A stretch of 64,000 nt of DNA from a virus, in the IMG/VR virus record IMGVR_UViG_3300036466_000503, positions 2,705 through 66,704 of that record. One strand, written 5' to 3'. Under the pieces are notes generated by a model. That model was not told the origin of the DNA. It was given only the letters and a program-made list of their open reading frames with translations, and searched no databases. Below are positions 39,128 through 47,784 of this stretch, piece after piece (position 1 is the first letter of the stretch; the number at the start of each line of letters is the position of its first letter). The translations under genes and the position numbers were made by a program.

Positions 39128-39397
39128 ATGTTTGGTTTTGATATAAATAATCAAGAAAATATGTCTATTTTTGATTTTAATAATTTATACAGTTTTTCTG
39201 AAAAAATAATAGTGGAAACAACAGGAGACCAAAAAGGGAATTATATACCATTTAATAATTCCCCTACTGCTCCAATAGTTAGTTTTAATATTGACAATTA
39301 TTACTGTTCAGTTACAGCTATTTCGGAAAATGGTTTTTATTACAACACAAATGCCCCACAGGGTGAAACAATTAACTTTTATGTTTATAGCTTATAA
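39128..39397 (+). CDS. Small tail-tip protein (MxFG family)
   Basis: N-terminus paralogous to 36824 and 39410. Confidence 0.6.
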   Translation: MFGFDINNQENMSIFDFNNLYSFSEKIIVETTGDQKGNYIPFNNSPTAPIVSFNIDNYYCSVTAISENGFYYNTNAPQGETINFYVYSL

Positions 39398-39409
39398 GGA
39401 GGGGTTTAA

Positions 39410-39814
39410 GTGGCTTTTGGAATACAAATAAATAATGAAGGACAAAGTTTTGAAATAAATTCTGATACTGATTATATTAAACCAATTACTTTTGGTGGAA
39501 TTGATATAGATAATATATACGATTTAGGAGGAAGTTTATATCAGATTAATTTTCCTGCAACCCAAAAGAAGCCTTCTATTATGGTAGAAGGGAATACGAA
39601 ACAGTATATTGAGATGACTACTATTAGCGATACTGAAATTGAAATTAAAATATACAAAACTCTTGCAGGGGATTATATAACAGATATTGATAATAATTAT
39701 GTTGGTATTAATGTAGGGGTGTTTTTGATTGAAACAAAAGTTGTTTTAAATGATGATTATATTCCTCAATCCACACCTCTACCGTGGAATATAGGATATG
39801 CTGTATTAGCATAG
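39410..39814 (+). CDS. Small tail-tip protein (MxFG family)
   Basis: MAFGIQINNEG N-terminus. Confidence 0.6.
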   Translation: MAFGIQINNEGQSFEINSDTDYIKPITFGGIDIDNIYDLGGSLYQINFPATQKKPSIMVEGNTKQYIEMTTISDTEIEIKIYKTLAGDYITDIDNNYVGINVGVFLIETKVVLNDDYIPQSTPLPWNIGYAVLA

Positions 39815-39838
39815 GGAGGGAAAATAAAAGTATGGAGA

Positions 39839-40225
39839 GTGTTAATATTGGAAAAACAAAACAGCAAAGAGGAAATCTACAACGGTTGTCCTCACGAAAA
39901 GAGGATAACCAAATTGGAAATTATTGTTGATGGATACGGAAAACAGCTTGACAAGATAGAAAATAAAATTGACGAGTTGGGAAATGGAAAATTAAGTAGA
40001 GCTATTCAGGAGCAAAATTCCAAACTATTAGAAAATCTTATTGAACAAATGAATAACGAAAGAAATATTTACTTCCAAAGTAATAAGCTAAAGGTAGAAG
40101 ATCAAAAAGATGATAGGGCAAAAAGCGTAAAAAAATATCAAATATTGTTTGGTTTTCTTGGTAGTGGAGCAGTTATTGGTATTATTAATTTATTAGGTGA
40201 ATTTCTAAAGAATAACATTTGGTAG
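39839..40225 (+). CDS. Holin-like / XhlA-like membrane protein
   Basis: Coiled coil plus C-terminal TM, directly before the endolysin. Confidence 0.55.
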   Translation: MLILEKQNSKEEIYNGCPHEKRITKLEIIVDGYGKQLDKIENKIDELGNGKLSRAIQEQNSKLLENLIEQMNNERNIYFQSNKLKVEDQKDDRAKSVKKYQILFGFLGSGAVIGIINLLGEFLKNNIW

Positions 40226-40231
40226 TGGGAG

Positions 40232-40825
40232 GTGTTTAAAGTGAAAGATTTTATTGTTTGCTTGGATTTTGGACACGGAGGAAAAGATGTCGGAGCAGTT
40301 GATAAAATAGGAGACGATGCAATTTATAAAGATAAATATTATACAGAAGAAAGTAGATTAGTTTTAAAAGTAGGATTAAAACTAAAAAAGAAACTTGAAG
40401 AAAAAACTAATTATAAAGTTATATTAACAAGAAAAGACGATAACTATTTAAAATTAAGTACAAGAACTCAAATAGCAAATAGAGCAAATGCAGATATTTT
40501 TGTATCTCTGCATGCAAATGCGTTCTTTAAAGCAAGCGTTAGTGGAATAGAGACACTTTTCTATCCCACTTCTAAGTTAGGAAGAAAGTTAGCAACAGAG
40601 CTTCAAATAGAAATGATTGAAAATACTGATGCAGTAGATAGGGGTATAAGAGAAAGAGACGATTTATATGTATTAAAACACACAGATATGCCTGCTGCCT
40701 TAGTAGAATTAGGGTTTATTACAAATACTCGAGAAGAAGAGTTTTTACAGAGTGAAAATTATCAGAATATTTTGATAAATTCTATAATTGATGGTATCAA
40801 CTCTTATTATGAGAGTACAAAATAA
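40232..40825 (+). CDS. Endolysin, N-acetylmuramoyl-L-alanine amidase (Amidase_3), catalytic domain only
   Basis: LDFGHGG, E, FVSLHANA and LVELGFITN motifs. Confidence 0.93.
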   Translation: MFKVKDFIVCLDFGHGGKDVGAVDKIGDDAIYKDKYYTEESRLVLKVGLKLKKKLEEKTNYKVILTRKDDNYLKLSTRTQIANRANADIFVSLHANAFFKASVSGIETLFYPTSKLGRKLATELQIEMIENTDAVDRGIRERDDLYVLKHTDMPAALVELGFITNTREEEFLQSENYQNILINSIIDGINSYYESTK

Positions 40826-40834
40826 AATAAAGGG

Positions 40835-41203
40835 GTGTTTAATTTGGCTTATCAAAGAGACAAGGACCTTATTAGAAAAAATGGAGATCCAATACCACAG
40901 TATTGGAATGATAAAGAACAAAAATTTGTTGAATACGAAGGTAAAGTTGGAATTATTGGAGAAACCGTTGCAGAACAAAAAAATAATACTAACGCTGATG
41001 TAAATAATGTATTAACATTTTCAGAACCAATAGAATTTGTCGAAATATATCATAATGAAAGTGGACTACAAACATTCGTGGTTAATGGTATCAGTCTTCA
41101 AATAGCAAGTGGTGGTTGGAGAAGTCCTGTTAGTAATACAAATGCAAGTGTTGAAGTAACAATACCTGAAGGAATAGTCTGTACGGTTGCAAGGTTAATA
41201 TAA
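40835..41203 (+). CDS. Hypothetical virion appendage protein
   Basis: NGDPIPQYW motif, beta-rich. Confidence 0.5.
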   Translation: MFNLAYQRDKDLIRKNGDPIPQYWNDKEQKFVEYEGKVGIIGETVAEQKNNTNADVNNVLTFSEPIEFVEIYHNESGLQTFVVNGISLQIASGGWRSPVSNTNASVEVTIPEGIVCTVARLI

Positions 41204-41216
41204 GGGAGGCGATTAA

Positions 41217-42647
41217 ATGGCTTTTGGATATAAGGGTGGAAGAGTTAGCATGAATAGAACAAAACTTCCAAGCGACTCCTCTTATTTTTCTAATGAAATA
41301 CTGAATCTGTTGGATTTAAACACACTTGATACCTCAGAGGTTACCAATTTAAATAGTGCTTTTTCATATAGTTGGGAGTTTAATCAACCACTAAATAATT
41401 GGGATACTTCAAATGTAATTAATATGAGCCGTATGTTTTATAACTCTGATATGTTCAATGGAGACATTACAACTTGGGATACTGCGAAAGTACAAGATAT
41501 GTCAGAAATGTTTAATGGTGCAATGATGTTTAATCAAGATTTAAGCAAGTGGGATTTTTCAAGTGTAAATACTATGTCAGGAATGTTTGATTATTCGGGA
41601 TTGTCTGATATTAATTACAATAAATTAGTTGAGAAATTGTATAGCCAAAAAAATGAATTAAATGAAAATGTAGAGCTTGGAGCAAAAAATACAGCAGTTG
41701 ATAATACTAATCGTTCTAAAAGATTAGAATTAATTAACGATAAAGGTTGGGTTTTAAAGGATAATTCTGTTGTAGTTACAGTTGTAGATAGAAACGGAAG
41801 ATTAATAAAAATTTCAAAAGACGGAGAAATAATAGAAGAAAAACAGTTAATTGATAGCGAAACTTACGGCAGTCATTTGGGAAGTTGTATTATGACAAGG
41901 GGAGAATATATATACCTCAATACAAACCAACGGTACCTTTTAAAGTTTGATTTTGACGGCAATTTATTGTATGAAAGACAGTTTTTAAGCCCTGTCAATA
42001 TTTTCGTAAACGAAGATAATGATGATATTTTTATATCTTATAACCTTTATATTGAAAAGATAAATGAAGATCTTTCTCAAATATGGAGGGTTAATATAGG
42101 CGAACCACTTACAGAAGTTGCCGTTGATTATAATAACCAATATATATATATAGCAACAGATGTAGGACAGGATAATTCTTTAATTATGCAATTTGATATG
42201 GAAGGAAATGAATTAAAGAGAAGTAATATTTATACCATTTTTCCGAAGGGGACAATAGTTGATAATGGGGGGAATATATATATTAGAGATTATTATGAAA
42301 GGATTCGAAAATACAATTCAAATTTTGTGTTGCAGTGGACTTTTACAGGTCATTCTGATTATATAGATAAAATAAAATATAATAATGGAAATTATATTTA
42401 TTCAGTAAGTAGAGATGCGACAGTTAAAAAAATCAGCACAAGCGGAAGTGAACGGTGGTCTTTCGGCGGTTTCTCTTCGGCAGTATCAAATTTAGATATT
42501 GACTTAAATGAATTTGTTTACGCTATTTCAAATCAACTAATATTAAAAAAGATTAGGCTTAATGGAGCAGAAGAATGGAGTCTTGATTTGGGTAGTGGTG
42601 GAGTAGATCATAATATGGTCGGTTTATCAGTCAATAATAAAATATAA
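41217..42647 (+). CDS. DUF285-repeat plus beta-propeller (WD40/PQQ-like) adhesin
   Basis: FNQPLNNWDTSNV repeats and cap, then WTFTGHSD...YSVSRDATVKKI blades. Confidence 0.8.
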   Translation: MAFGYKGGRVSMNRTKLPSDSSYFSNEILNLLDLNTLDTSEVTNLNSAFSYSWEFNQPLNNWDTSNVINMSRMFYNSDMFNGDITTWDTAKVQDMSEMFNGAMMFNQDLSKWDFSSVNTMSGMFDYSGLSDINYNKLVEKLYSQKNELNENVELGAKNTAVDNTNRSKRLELINDKGWVLKDNSVVVTVVDRNGRLIKISKDGEIIEEKQLIDSETYGSHLGSCIMTRGEYIYLNTNQRYLLKFDFDGNLLYERQFLSPVNIFVNEDNDDIFISYNLYIEKINEDLSQIWRVNIGEPLTEVAVDYNNQYIYIATDVGQDNSLIMQFDMEGNELKRSNIYTIFPKGTIVDNGGNIYIRDYYERIRKYNSNFVLQWTFTGHSDYIDKIKYNNGNYIYSVSRDATVKKISTSGSERWSFGGFSSAVSNLDIDLNEFVYAISNQLILKKIRLNGAEEWSLDLGSGGVDHNMVGLSVNNKI

Positions 42648-42660
42648 GGAGATGGTTTAA

Positions 42661-42852
42661 GTGATAGGATTAATGTTTAATGAAAGCAACAAGATAAAAC
42701 TTGTTCATTATTTTCCTGATAGTGTAGATTTTCAGTTTGATATGTTGGTAGAAAGCCTTCCTACTAAAGATCCTGCGAAAGAGGGTATGAAAGCAAACCT
42801 CTATCGTGATGAAAATGATAGTCTTTTTTGGAAGTACACAGAGGTTGTATAA
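42661..42852 (+). CDS. Small fibre-chaperone-like protein
   Basis: 63 aa after the adhesin. LP......A.LY......WKY pattern. Confidence 0.5.
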   Translation: MIGLMFNESNKIKLVHYFPDSVDFQFDMLVESLPTKDPAKEGMKANLYRDENDSLFWKYTEVV

Positions 42853-42865
42853 GGGGTGAATCAAA

Positions 42866-43069
42866 GTGGATAAAAATAATAACGGTTTTGACGATAAAAA
42901 AGAAGCTCAAATATCATATGGGCTTGCTGCAATTGGTATTATAATGTCTTTATGTGCAATGTTTATTTTTGAAGAGTTTCAGGTTGCACAAAATATGTTT
43001 TTTGCTTCAATGATACTTTCAGGTGGAAGAGATATTGTCAGCGGTCTAAAAATGATTATAAAGGGGTAG
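42866..43069 (+). CDS. Two-TM holin candidate
   Basis: Two hydrophobic segments, 67 aa, in the lysis region. Confidence 0.55.
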   Translation: MDKNNNGFDDKKEAQISYGLAAIGIIMSLCAMFIFEEFQVAQNMFFASMILSGGRDIVSGLKMIIKG

Positions 43070-43071
43070 TT

Positions 43072-43200
43072 ATGAATAAGAATATTAATAGGTGTACAGT
43101 TTACAGCCGTGTTGTTGGTTACCTTTCACCTGTTAACAATTGGAATGTAGGAAAAAAGGAAGAGTATAAAGACAGAAAAGAGTTTAATTTAAAGAAATAA
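43072..43200 (+). CDS. 42-aa stand-alone NrdD C-terminal glycyl-radical peptide (not in ORF track)
   Basis: MNKNINRCTVYSRVVGYLSPVNNWNVGKKEEYKDRKEFNLKK. RBS AAGGGG. Hairpin terminator at 43209-43232. Confidence 0.85.
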   Translation: MNKNINRCTVYSRVVGYLSPVNNWNVGKKEEYKDRKEFNLKK

Positions 43201-43240
43201 AATATATAAGGGGTAGTTTATTCTACCCCTTTAAAAAAGG

Positions 43241-43609
43241 GTGATAAAAATGTTTGAAAAAATAAAAAGTTATGCCCTGATAATACTGTCTGCTATTGTT
43301 GGTCTGTTGACGCTTGGAAAGTTTACAAAAAGCAATCAAAAAATTAAAAAGTCGCAAAAGAGAATAGAAGAAATAAATAAAAAAAATAAAGATAGTAAAG
43401 AAAAAGTAAAAGATATTGAAGAAGAAATAGAAAAGATAGATAAAAAAGATAATAATAAAAGGTTAGATAAATTAGAAAGACAAACTATCATATTGCAAAA
43501 AAGAAAAAAGAAGTTAAACGAAAAGCTAAAAGAATTAGAAGAAGAGGGTGTTAAAAGTGAAGAAGACATTAGTGTTGATACTGATTATTTTGATGATATT
43601 CTCAACTAA
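43241..43609 (+). CDS. N-terminal TM plus coiled-coil protein, i-spanin-like
   Basis: Hydrophobic N-terminus and long charged coiled coil. Confidence 0.55.
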   Translation: MIKMFEKIKSYALIILSAIVGLLTLGKFTKSNQKIKKSQKRIEEINKKNKDSKEKVKDIEEEIEKIDKKDNNKRLDKLERQTIILQKRKKKLNEKLKELEEEGVKSEEDISVDTDYFDDILN

Positions 43610-43994
43610 TATTAGTGTTTTTGCTTATCAGAAAACAGAAGAAGGGTTTACCTTTTCTCATGAAGAATTAAACCAAATGATTAATAGAATGAAAAAACAG
43701 GATAAAAAAATTGAGCTTCAGGATCAGAAAATAGATAACTTAGAAAAACAGCTATCTATCAGTAGAGAAACTAATGACCTTTTATTTCAGGACAAAGAGA
43801 ATTTAAAACAAAAAATTAATCTTTTAGAAAAAAGAGACAAAGAAAAAGATATTCAAATAGATTTATTAGAGCAAAAAGTAGAAGAAAAAGATCTCCAAAT
43901 AAGCGAATACAAAAGCCAGGCTTCTTTGGGTTATTCAGTAAAAATAGGAATTGTGGCTTTAGTTGGTGTTGTTGGTCTTAGTTTGATTAATTAA
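43548..43994 (+). CDS. Signal peptide, coiled coil and C-terminal TM protein, spanin-partner-like
   Basis: Overlaps the previous gene. VFA cleavage site. No Cys, so no lipobox. Confidence 0.5.
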   Translation: MLKVKKTLVLILIILMIFSTNISVFAYQKTEEGFTFSHEELNQMINRMKKQDKKIELQDQKIDNLEKQLSISRETNDLLFQDKENLKQKINLLEKRDKEKDIQIDLLEQKVEEKDLQISEYKSQASLGYSVKIGIVALVGVVGLSLIN

Positions 43995-44005
43995 AAAAGA
44001 AATTC

Positions 44006-44035
44006 AAGAGGGGGTTTTCCCCTCTCTTTTTTTTT
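44006..44035. terminator. Terminator between the convergent late and partition operons
   Basis: AGAGGGG-GTTTT-CCCCTCT followed by a T-run. Confidence 0.8.
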
Positions 44036-44486
44036 ACAAAAAAATCATATCGTCTGTAAAAAATTTTACAATAAGCATTCCTTCTTCATTTACATAGGAT
44101 TTATAATCAGCTAATTTAAAGTTTTCAGCCTTAGCTCTTAAATACAAAAAATCATATATTTCTTTGTCGGTTATAACCTTTTGTTTTCCTACATACTGTC
44201 CTTCTTCGGTGGTGTTTATCTTAAAGCTACTTGCATAGTCTGCTTTTTCTTTAAATAAACCTATTACAAAAGCATCTCTTTCTTCTTCATTTTCAACTCC
44301 AACCATAATATAAGGGTTATTATCAGCTTCCTCTATAAAATTATCGTGTTTTTCGTTTAAATCTTCAAGAAGGGAAGAGGTAAAATAAATAAACACTTTA
44401 TTATTTTCGTTTAATTCTACCCTTGCAAAAGTTGAAGTTGAGCCACCAATCCAATTGAATTTATATTTTTCTTTACTCATTTTCAA
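44034..44486 (-). CDS. Hypothetical protein, 4th gene of the ParM operon
   Basis: Overlaps the upstream gene. Weak similarity to 44473..44883. Confidence 0.65.
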   Translation of the reverse strand: MKMSKEKYKFNWIGGSTSTFARVELNENNKVFIYFTSSLLEDLNEKHDNFIEEADNNPYIMVGVENEEERDAFVIGLFKEKADYASSFKINTTEEGQYVGKQKVITDKEIYDFLYLRAKAENFKLADYKSYVNEEGMLIVKFFTDDMIFL

Positions 44487-44883
44487 CTTCCCCCTCTTTT
44501 AATGGTTCATTAAAATTAGTGTAAAATATATTATCAGAATGTTTTTTTATTTCATAGTGATATTTTTCTCCCTTTGGAACACCTGCAACCTCTGTTATTT
44601 TCTCAATTAACTTTATTCCATTAATCATTGCTCCAATACCATCAGAGGGTTGAGATATTTTTACAGCGTGTATTTCTTCAGGATCAGCTTCAGTAATATA
44701 CATTTCTTTTTTCTCTTCGTCTAAGGCTATTTTTACAAAATCAGCATTATTTATTTTATCTCTTAAAAAGGTTGAATTTAAATATATCTTATTGAAATTT
44801 TTATTACTTATTGAAACAAATGGTTTGTTAGGAGTGCTGCCTTGAGCAGAACTTTTAACTTTTTTTCTCCATTTAATAGCCAA
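44473..44883 (-). CDS. Hypothetical protein (possibly AbrB/MraZ-like fold), 3rd gene of the ParM operon
   Basis: PFVSIS...KIYLN...FVKIALDEEKKEMYI pattern. Confidence 0.6.
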   Translation of the reverse strand: MAIKWRKKVKSSAQGSTPNKPFVSISNKNFNKIYLNSTFLRDKINNADFVKIALDEEKKEMYITEADPEEIHAVKISQPSDGIGAMINGIKLIEKITEVAGVPKGEKYHYEIKKHSDNIFYTNFNEPLKEGEVENE

Positions 44884-44885
44884 TT

Positions 44886-45185
44886 TTATTTATCCCCCTT
44901 CTTTTTTAGAAAACCTTTTTCCATTAATTGAATTAATTTTTTATGGTTTTCTTCATTATTATTGATTATTTCCCCTTTTTTATCAGTATTTTGGAGTTTT
45001 TTTATCAACTCTTCATAAAAATATCCTTCTTCGTGCTTGTGGTATATTTTAAGGGCGTTCCTTATCAATTCGCTCTGTGGCATATTTTTTAATTTTTCTT
45101 TAATAAAATCCAATTCTTCCCTTGTCATATTATTTTCAGATATTCTTGCAGAAATAAGGAAGTGTTCAACTCTTTTTCTACTCAT
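44886..45185 (-). CDS. ParR/Alp7R-like adaptor (RHH)
   Basis: Coupled to ParM. Beta strand plus SELIRNAL helix. Confidence 0.65.
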   Translation of the reverse strand: MSRKRVEHFLISARISENNMTREELDFIKEKLKNMPQSELIRNALKIYHKHEEGYFYEELIKKLQNTDKKGEIINNNEENHKKLIQLMEKGFLKKKGDK

Positions 45186-46206
45186 TATTACTCAACCTTT
45201 GAGAATGGTACACTCCCAACTTATAATAACCTTTCACATTAGCCTGCTGTGGTTGGTCTAAAACTATTACATTCTTGTTGTTTTTATTTATAAATAGCTT
45301 TTTAATATAATCACCAACAACAATAGCTCCTCCACCTGCCAGGACTATGGTATCAACTCTATCTATCTGCCTATTCCATTGATCTATTAATTGAGTATAT
45401 ATGTCTTCTGCAATTATTTCAAAGTTTTTTTGACATTTTGTTAAAATGTTTTCATATTTTTTTGTTCCGTGTCTGATTGTATCATTTCCCTGAAGGAAGT
45501 TATATTGGATAATGTTGTGGGGAATATCAGCTTCAATTGACTTAAAAGCGTCAGAAAGACCAATTTCAAGACCAATTTCTGTATTATTTACAGGCTCTAT
45601 TCCTTCACCAATAAAAGCGTCAACAGTATTTCCTCCAATATCACACATAGCATATCTTGCATTAAGAAGAGAGTCTTCTTTAATTTCTCCCGAATAAGTA
45701 AGTATTTGGTTATAATAAGCTCCAATTCCCTGTGGAATACATATTACATTATCAACTATAACCTTTTTTTCCTGACCATTAATTGTAAACCTAAAGGTTC
45801 TATCTGAATAAAACTCCTTTAATTTTTCTTCGTATTCGCTGAATGTATGAATAGAGAGACCAAGAATAAGGTTACCTATTTCTACTGTGTCTTCATTTTC
45901 TAAAAGGTTAATACCTGCAAGAAATTTTGCAACCTCACTATCGTCTCTAAATTTATCTTTACCAAAGTTTCCAATTCCACCATTACTGCCCTGCCTAATA
46001 GCATATTCTCCAACAAAATAATCTGTATCATTATAATTTAAGATCATTTTATCTTTTGAAAAACTATAATCATTATCATAAAGAATATTTGTTATACTTT
46101 TTGGTCTGTGGATAATAGAAGGGAAGGTCTCTATTTTATCAACCTCTGTCATTATTTTCTCGCTATCATAACCATTATCCCAACCTACATTTTGAATATA
46201 TTTCAT
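45178..46206 (-). CDS. parM: Actin-like partition ATPase (ParM/StbA/Alp family)
   Basis: GWDNGYDSEK, PQGIGA, CDIGGNTVD, LAGGGA and QQANVKGY actin motifs. Confidence 0.9.
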   Translation of the reverse strand: MKYIQNVGWDNGYDSEKIMTEVDKIETFPSIIHRPKSITNILYDNDYSFSKDKMILNYNDTDYFVGEYAIRQGSNGGIGNFGKDKFRDDSEVAKFLAGINLLENEDTVEIGNLILGLSIHTFSEYEEKLKEFYSDRTFRFTINGQEKKVIVDNVICIPQGIGAYYNQILTYSGEIKEDSLLNARYAMCDIGGNTVDAFIGEGIEPVNNTEIGLEIGLSDAFKSIEADIPHNIIQYNFLQGNDTIRHGTKKYENILTKCQKNFEIIAEDIYTQLIDQWNRQIDRVDTIVLAGGGAIVVGDYIKKLFINKNNKNVIVLDQPQQANVKGYYKLGVYHSQRLSNNE

Positions 46207-46256
46207 TATTTACCCTCAACTCCTTATTTTATAGTGTTTACGCCTTCATTACTGTC

Positions 46257-46285
46257 ATTATAACAGCTTTCAGCTTTTGTGTCAA
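46257..46285 (-). promoter_or_regulatory. Consensus SigA promoter of the parM operon (TTGACA-N17-TATAAT) with flanking GTGTTTAC-like repeats
   Basis: Perfect hexamers. Repeats at 46234, 46281, 46311, 46321 and 46354. Confidence 0.8.
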
Positions 46286-46357
46286 CACTTTCTTTTATTT
46301 TTTTAAAAGTGTAAACATAAATGTTTATAATTACTGATAGAATAGACCTTAAAGCGT

Positions 46358-46684
46358 TTACATTTTAAGAATATAGTGCTGATAAGCATACTGTCCATCT
46401 TCTGTTATTTCTATGATAGTTTTTCTACCCTCTGACCTTGATTTTAGAAACAATATATTCTCCAACTTCCACAATGTTTTGGTTAGTTGGTGATAGGTTG
46501 TATTCTCCCTAAATTGCCTGTCTAATTGATTTGCTACTTCCTGTCTATTAAGAGTACCTAATTCCCCAAATATCCTCAAAACAGCCCTTTCTCGCTTATT
46601 TAAAGTGGCAATAAAAACTTCTATACATTGTCTTTCTAATTGCATAAAAAAACCCCCTTCAATACGATATAAATATAATATCAT
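46358..46684 (-). CDS. Winged-helix DNA-binding protein (likely start ATG 46645)
   Basis: LNRQEVANQL...LWKLE...GRKTIIEITEDG pattern. Confidence 0.7.
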   Translation of the reverse strand: MILYLYRIEGGFFMQLERQCIEVFIATLNKRERAVLRIFGELGTLNRQEVANQLDRQFRENTTYHQLTKTLWKLENILFLKSRSEGRKTIIEITEDGQYAYQHYILKM

Positions 46685-46720
46685 ACTAAAGAGGGAATTT
46701 CAAATATTGTATTAAATTTA

Positions 46721-46945
46721 TTATACTGCATCTATATATTTTCGTTTACTTTTAGGTAAAAACAAAGGGGAAAGAAAACTGCCGTGCATATATATAGTTG
46801 CTTCAAATAGAAAATGTATGTGATCAGCGAAACTTGGGGAAGAAACAAGAAAAACGGTAAAGTAAGAGTTGATTGCTTTTAAAGTGTGTCCCATAAATCC
46901 CAACAAGTATATCGCTGTTATTATTTTATAAGTTAGTTCTAACAT
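46721..46945 (-). CDS. 74-aa membrane protein, paralog A
   Basis: YLLG..GH.LKA...SSP...SF.S.LF.PK.KRKYI shared with the next gene. Confidence 0.75.
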   Translation of the reverse strand: MLELTYKIITAIYLLGFMGHTLKAINSYFTVFLVSSPSFADHIHFLFEATIYMHGSFLSPLFLPKSKRKYIDAV

Positions 46946-46976
46946 TTTTTCTACTCTCCTTTGTTAGTAGTTTAAA

Positions 46977-47201
46977 TTAAATTTTAATATACTTTCTTTT
47001 CTCTTTTGGAAAGAATAATAAAGAGAAGAAACTCAATAATGAATATATAATACTTTCTATATAAAAGGAGAAGATATCAACAATAGTTGGAGAAGAAGGT
47101 AAAAACTCTGTCCAAAATACATGTAAAGCTTTCAGTAAGTGTCCTAATACGCCCAAGAGATATATATTCTTTACAATTAAGATAATAATTTCTTCATTCA
47201 T
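46977..47201 (-). CDS. 74-aa membrane protein, paralog B
   Basis: Shared motif as above. Own TTGACA-N17-TATTAT promoter around 47234-47262. Confidence 0.75.
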   Translation of the reverse strand: MNEEIIILIVKNIYLLGVLGHLLKALHVFWTEFLPSSPTIVDIFSFYIESIIYSLLSFFSLLFFPKEKRKYIKI

Positions 47202-47271
47202 TTTTTAATCACTCCTCTTTATTAGTATATGAATATAATACCATAATTTAAATTAGCTGTCAAGCATTATT

Positions 47272-47772
47272 TTAAATTTCTTTAAAATCACTAAATAATA
47301 CCCTCAAATCCCAACCCTTACCCAACCTTTTCAACTCTGTTGTTTCTTCAATAAAATATTCTAAAGGAATACTTTTAGCATTTCTTGGATACTTATCTAA
47401 AAAATATTCGTTATTAACCATTGCATACCTTAAATATAAAAACTCTTCTATTGTTAAAGCAAAAGTCCTGCCTTTATGACTATTAATCCACCTGAAATTT
47501 ATCAATATATACGATTTATGATTCCAATGTTTATTAAATTCAATTAATCCCCTTATTTGTTCTTCAGATAATCTTTCAAAGGGGAAAGATTTACTTTCTG
47601 CTTTATCATTTATTATCTTTGCTTCAATAGCAATACTTTTTCCGTTTGCTGCAATAATTTCATCAAAAGGGCTTGAGCTTCCCCTGTACATTTGAACATC
47701 TCTTAACCTTCTATGCCAAAGTCCTATTATTTCTGCCGAATCTTTAATATCATTTTGAAGTAAGTTTGCCAA
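47272..47772 (-). CDS. recU: RecU-like Holliday junction resolvase
   Basis: SPFD...IAIEAK...SFPFERLSEEQI..L...SYILINF. Confidence 0.8.
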   Translation of the reverse strand: MANLLQNDIKDSAEIIGLWHRRLRDVQMYRGSSSPFDEIIAANGKSIAIEAKIINDKAESKSFPFERLSEEQIRGLIEFNKHWNHKSYILINFRWINSHKGRTFALTIEEFLYLRYAMVNNEYFLDKYPRNAKSIPLEYFIEETTELKRLGKGWDLRVLFSDFKEI

Positions 47773-47784
47773 ATGAACACCACC

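Noticed and set aside
36824-42647. Diversity-generating retroelement acting on the repeat adhesins
   Set aside because: No reverse transcriptase in the window, and no near-identical TR/VR pair with adenine-specific mismatches seen.
46106-46114. Single DnaA box (TGTGGATAA) inside parM
   Set aside because: Isolated, with no iterons nearby. Plausibly chance.
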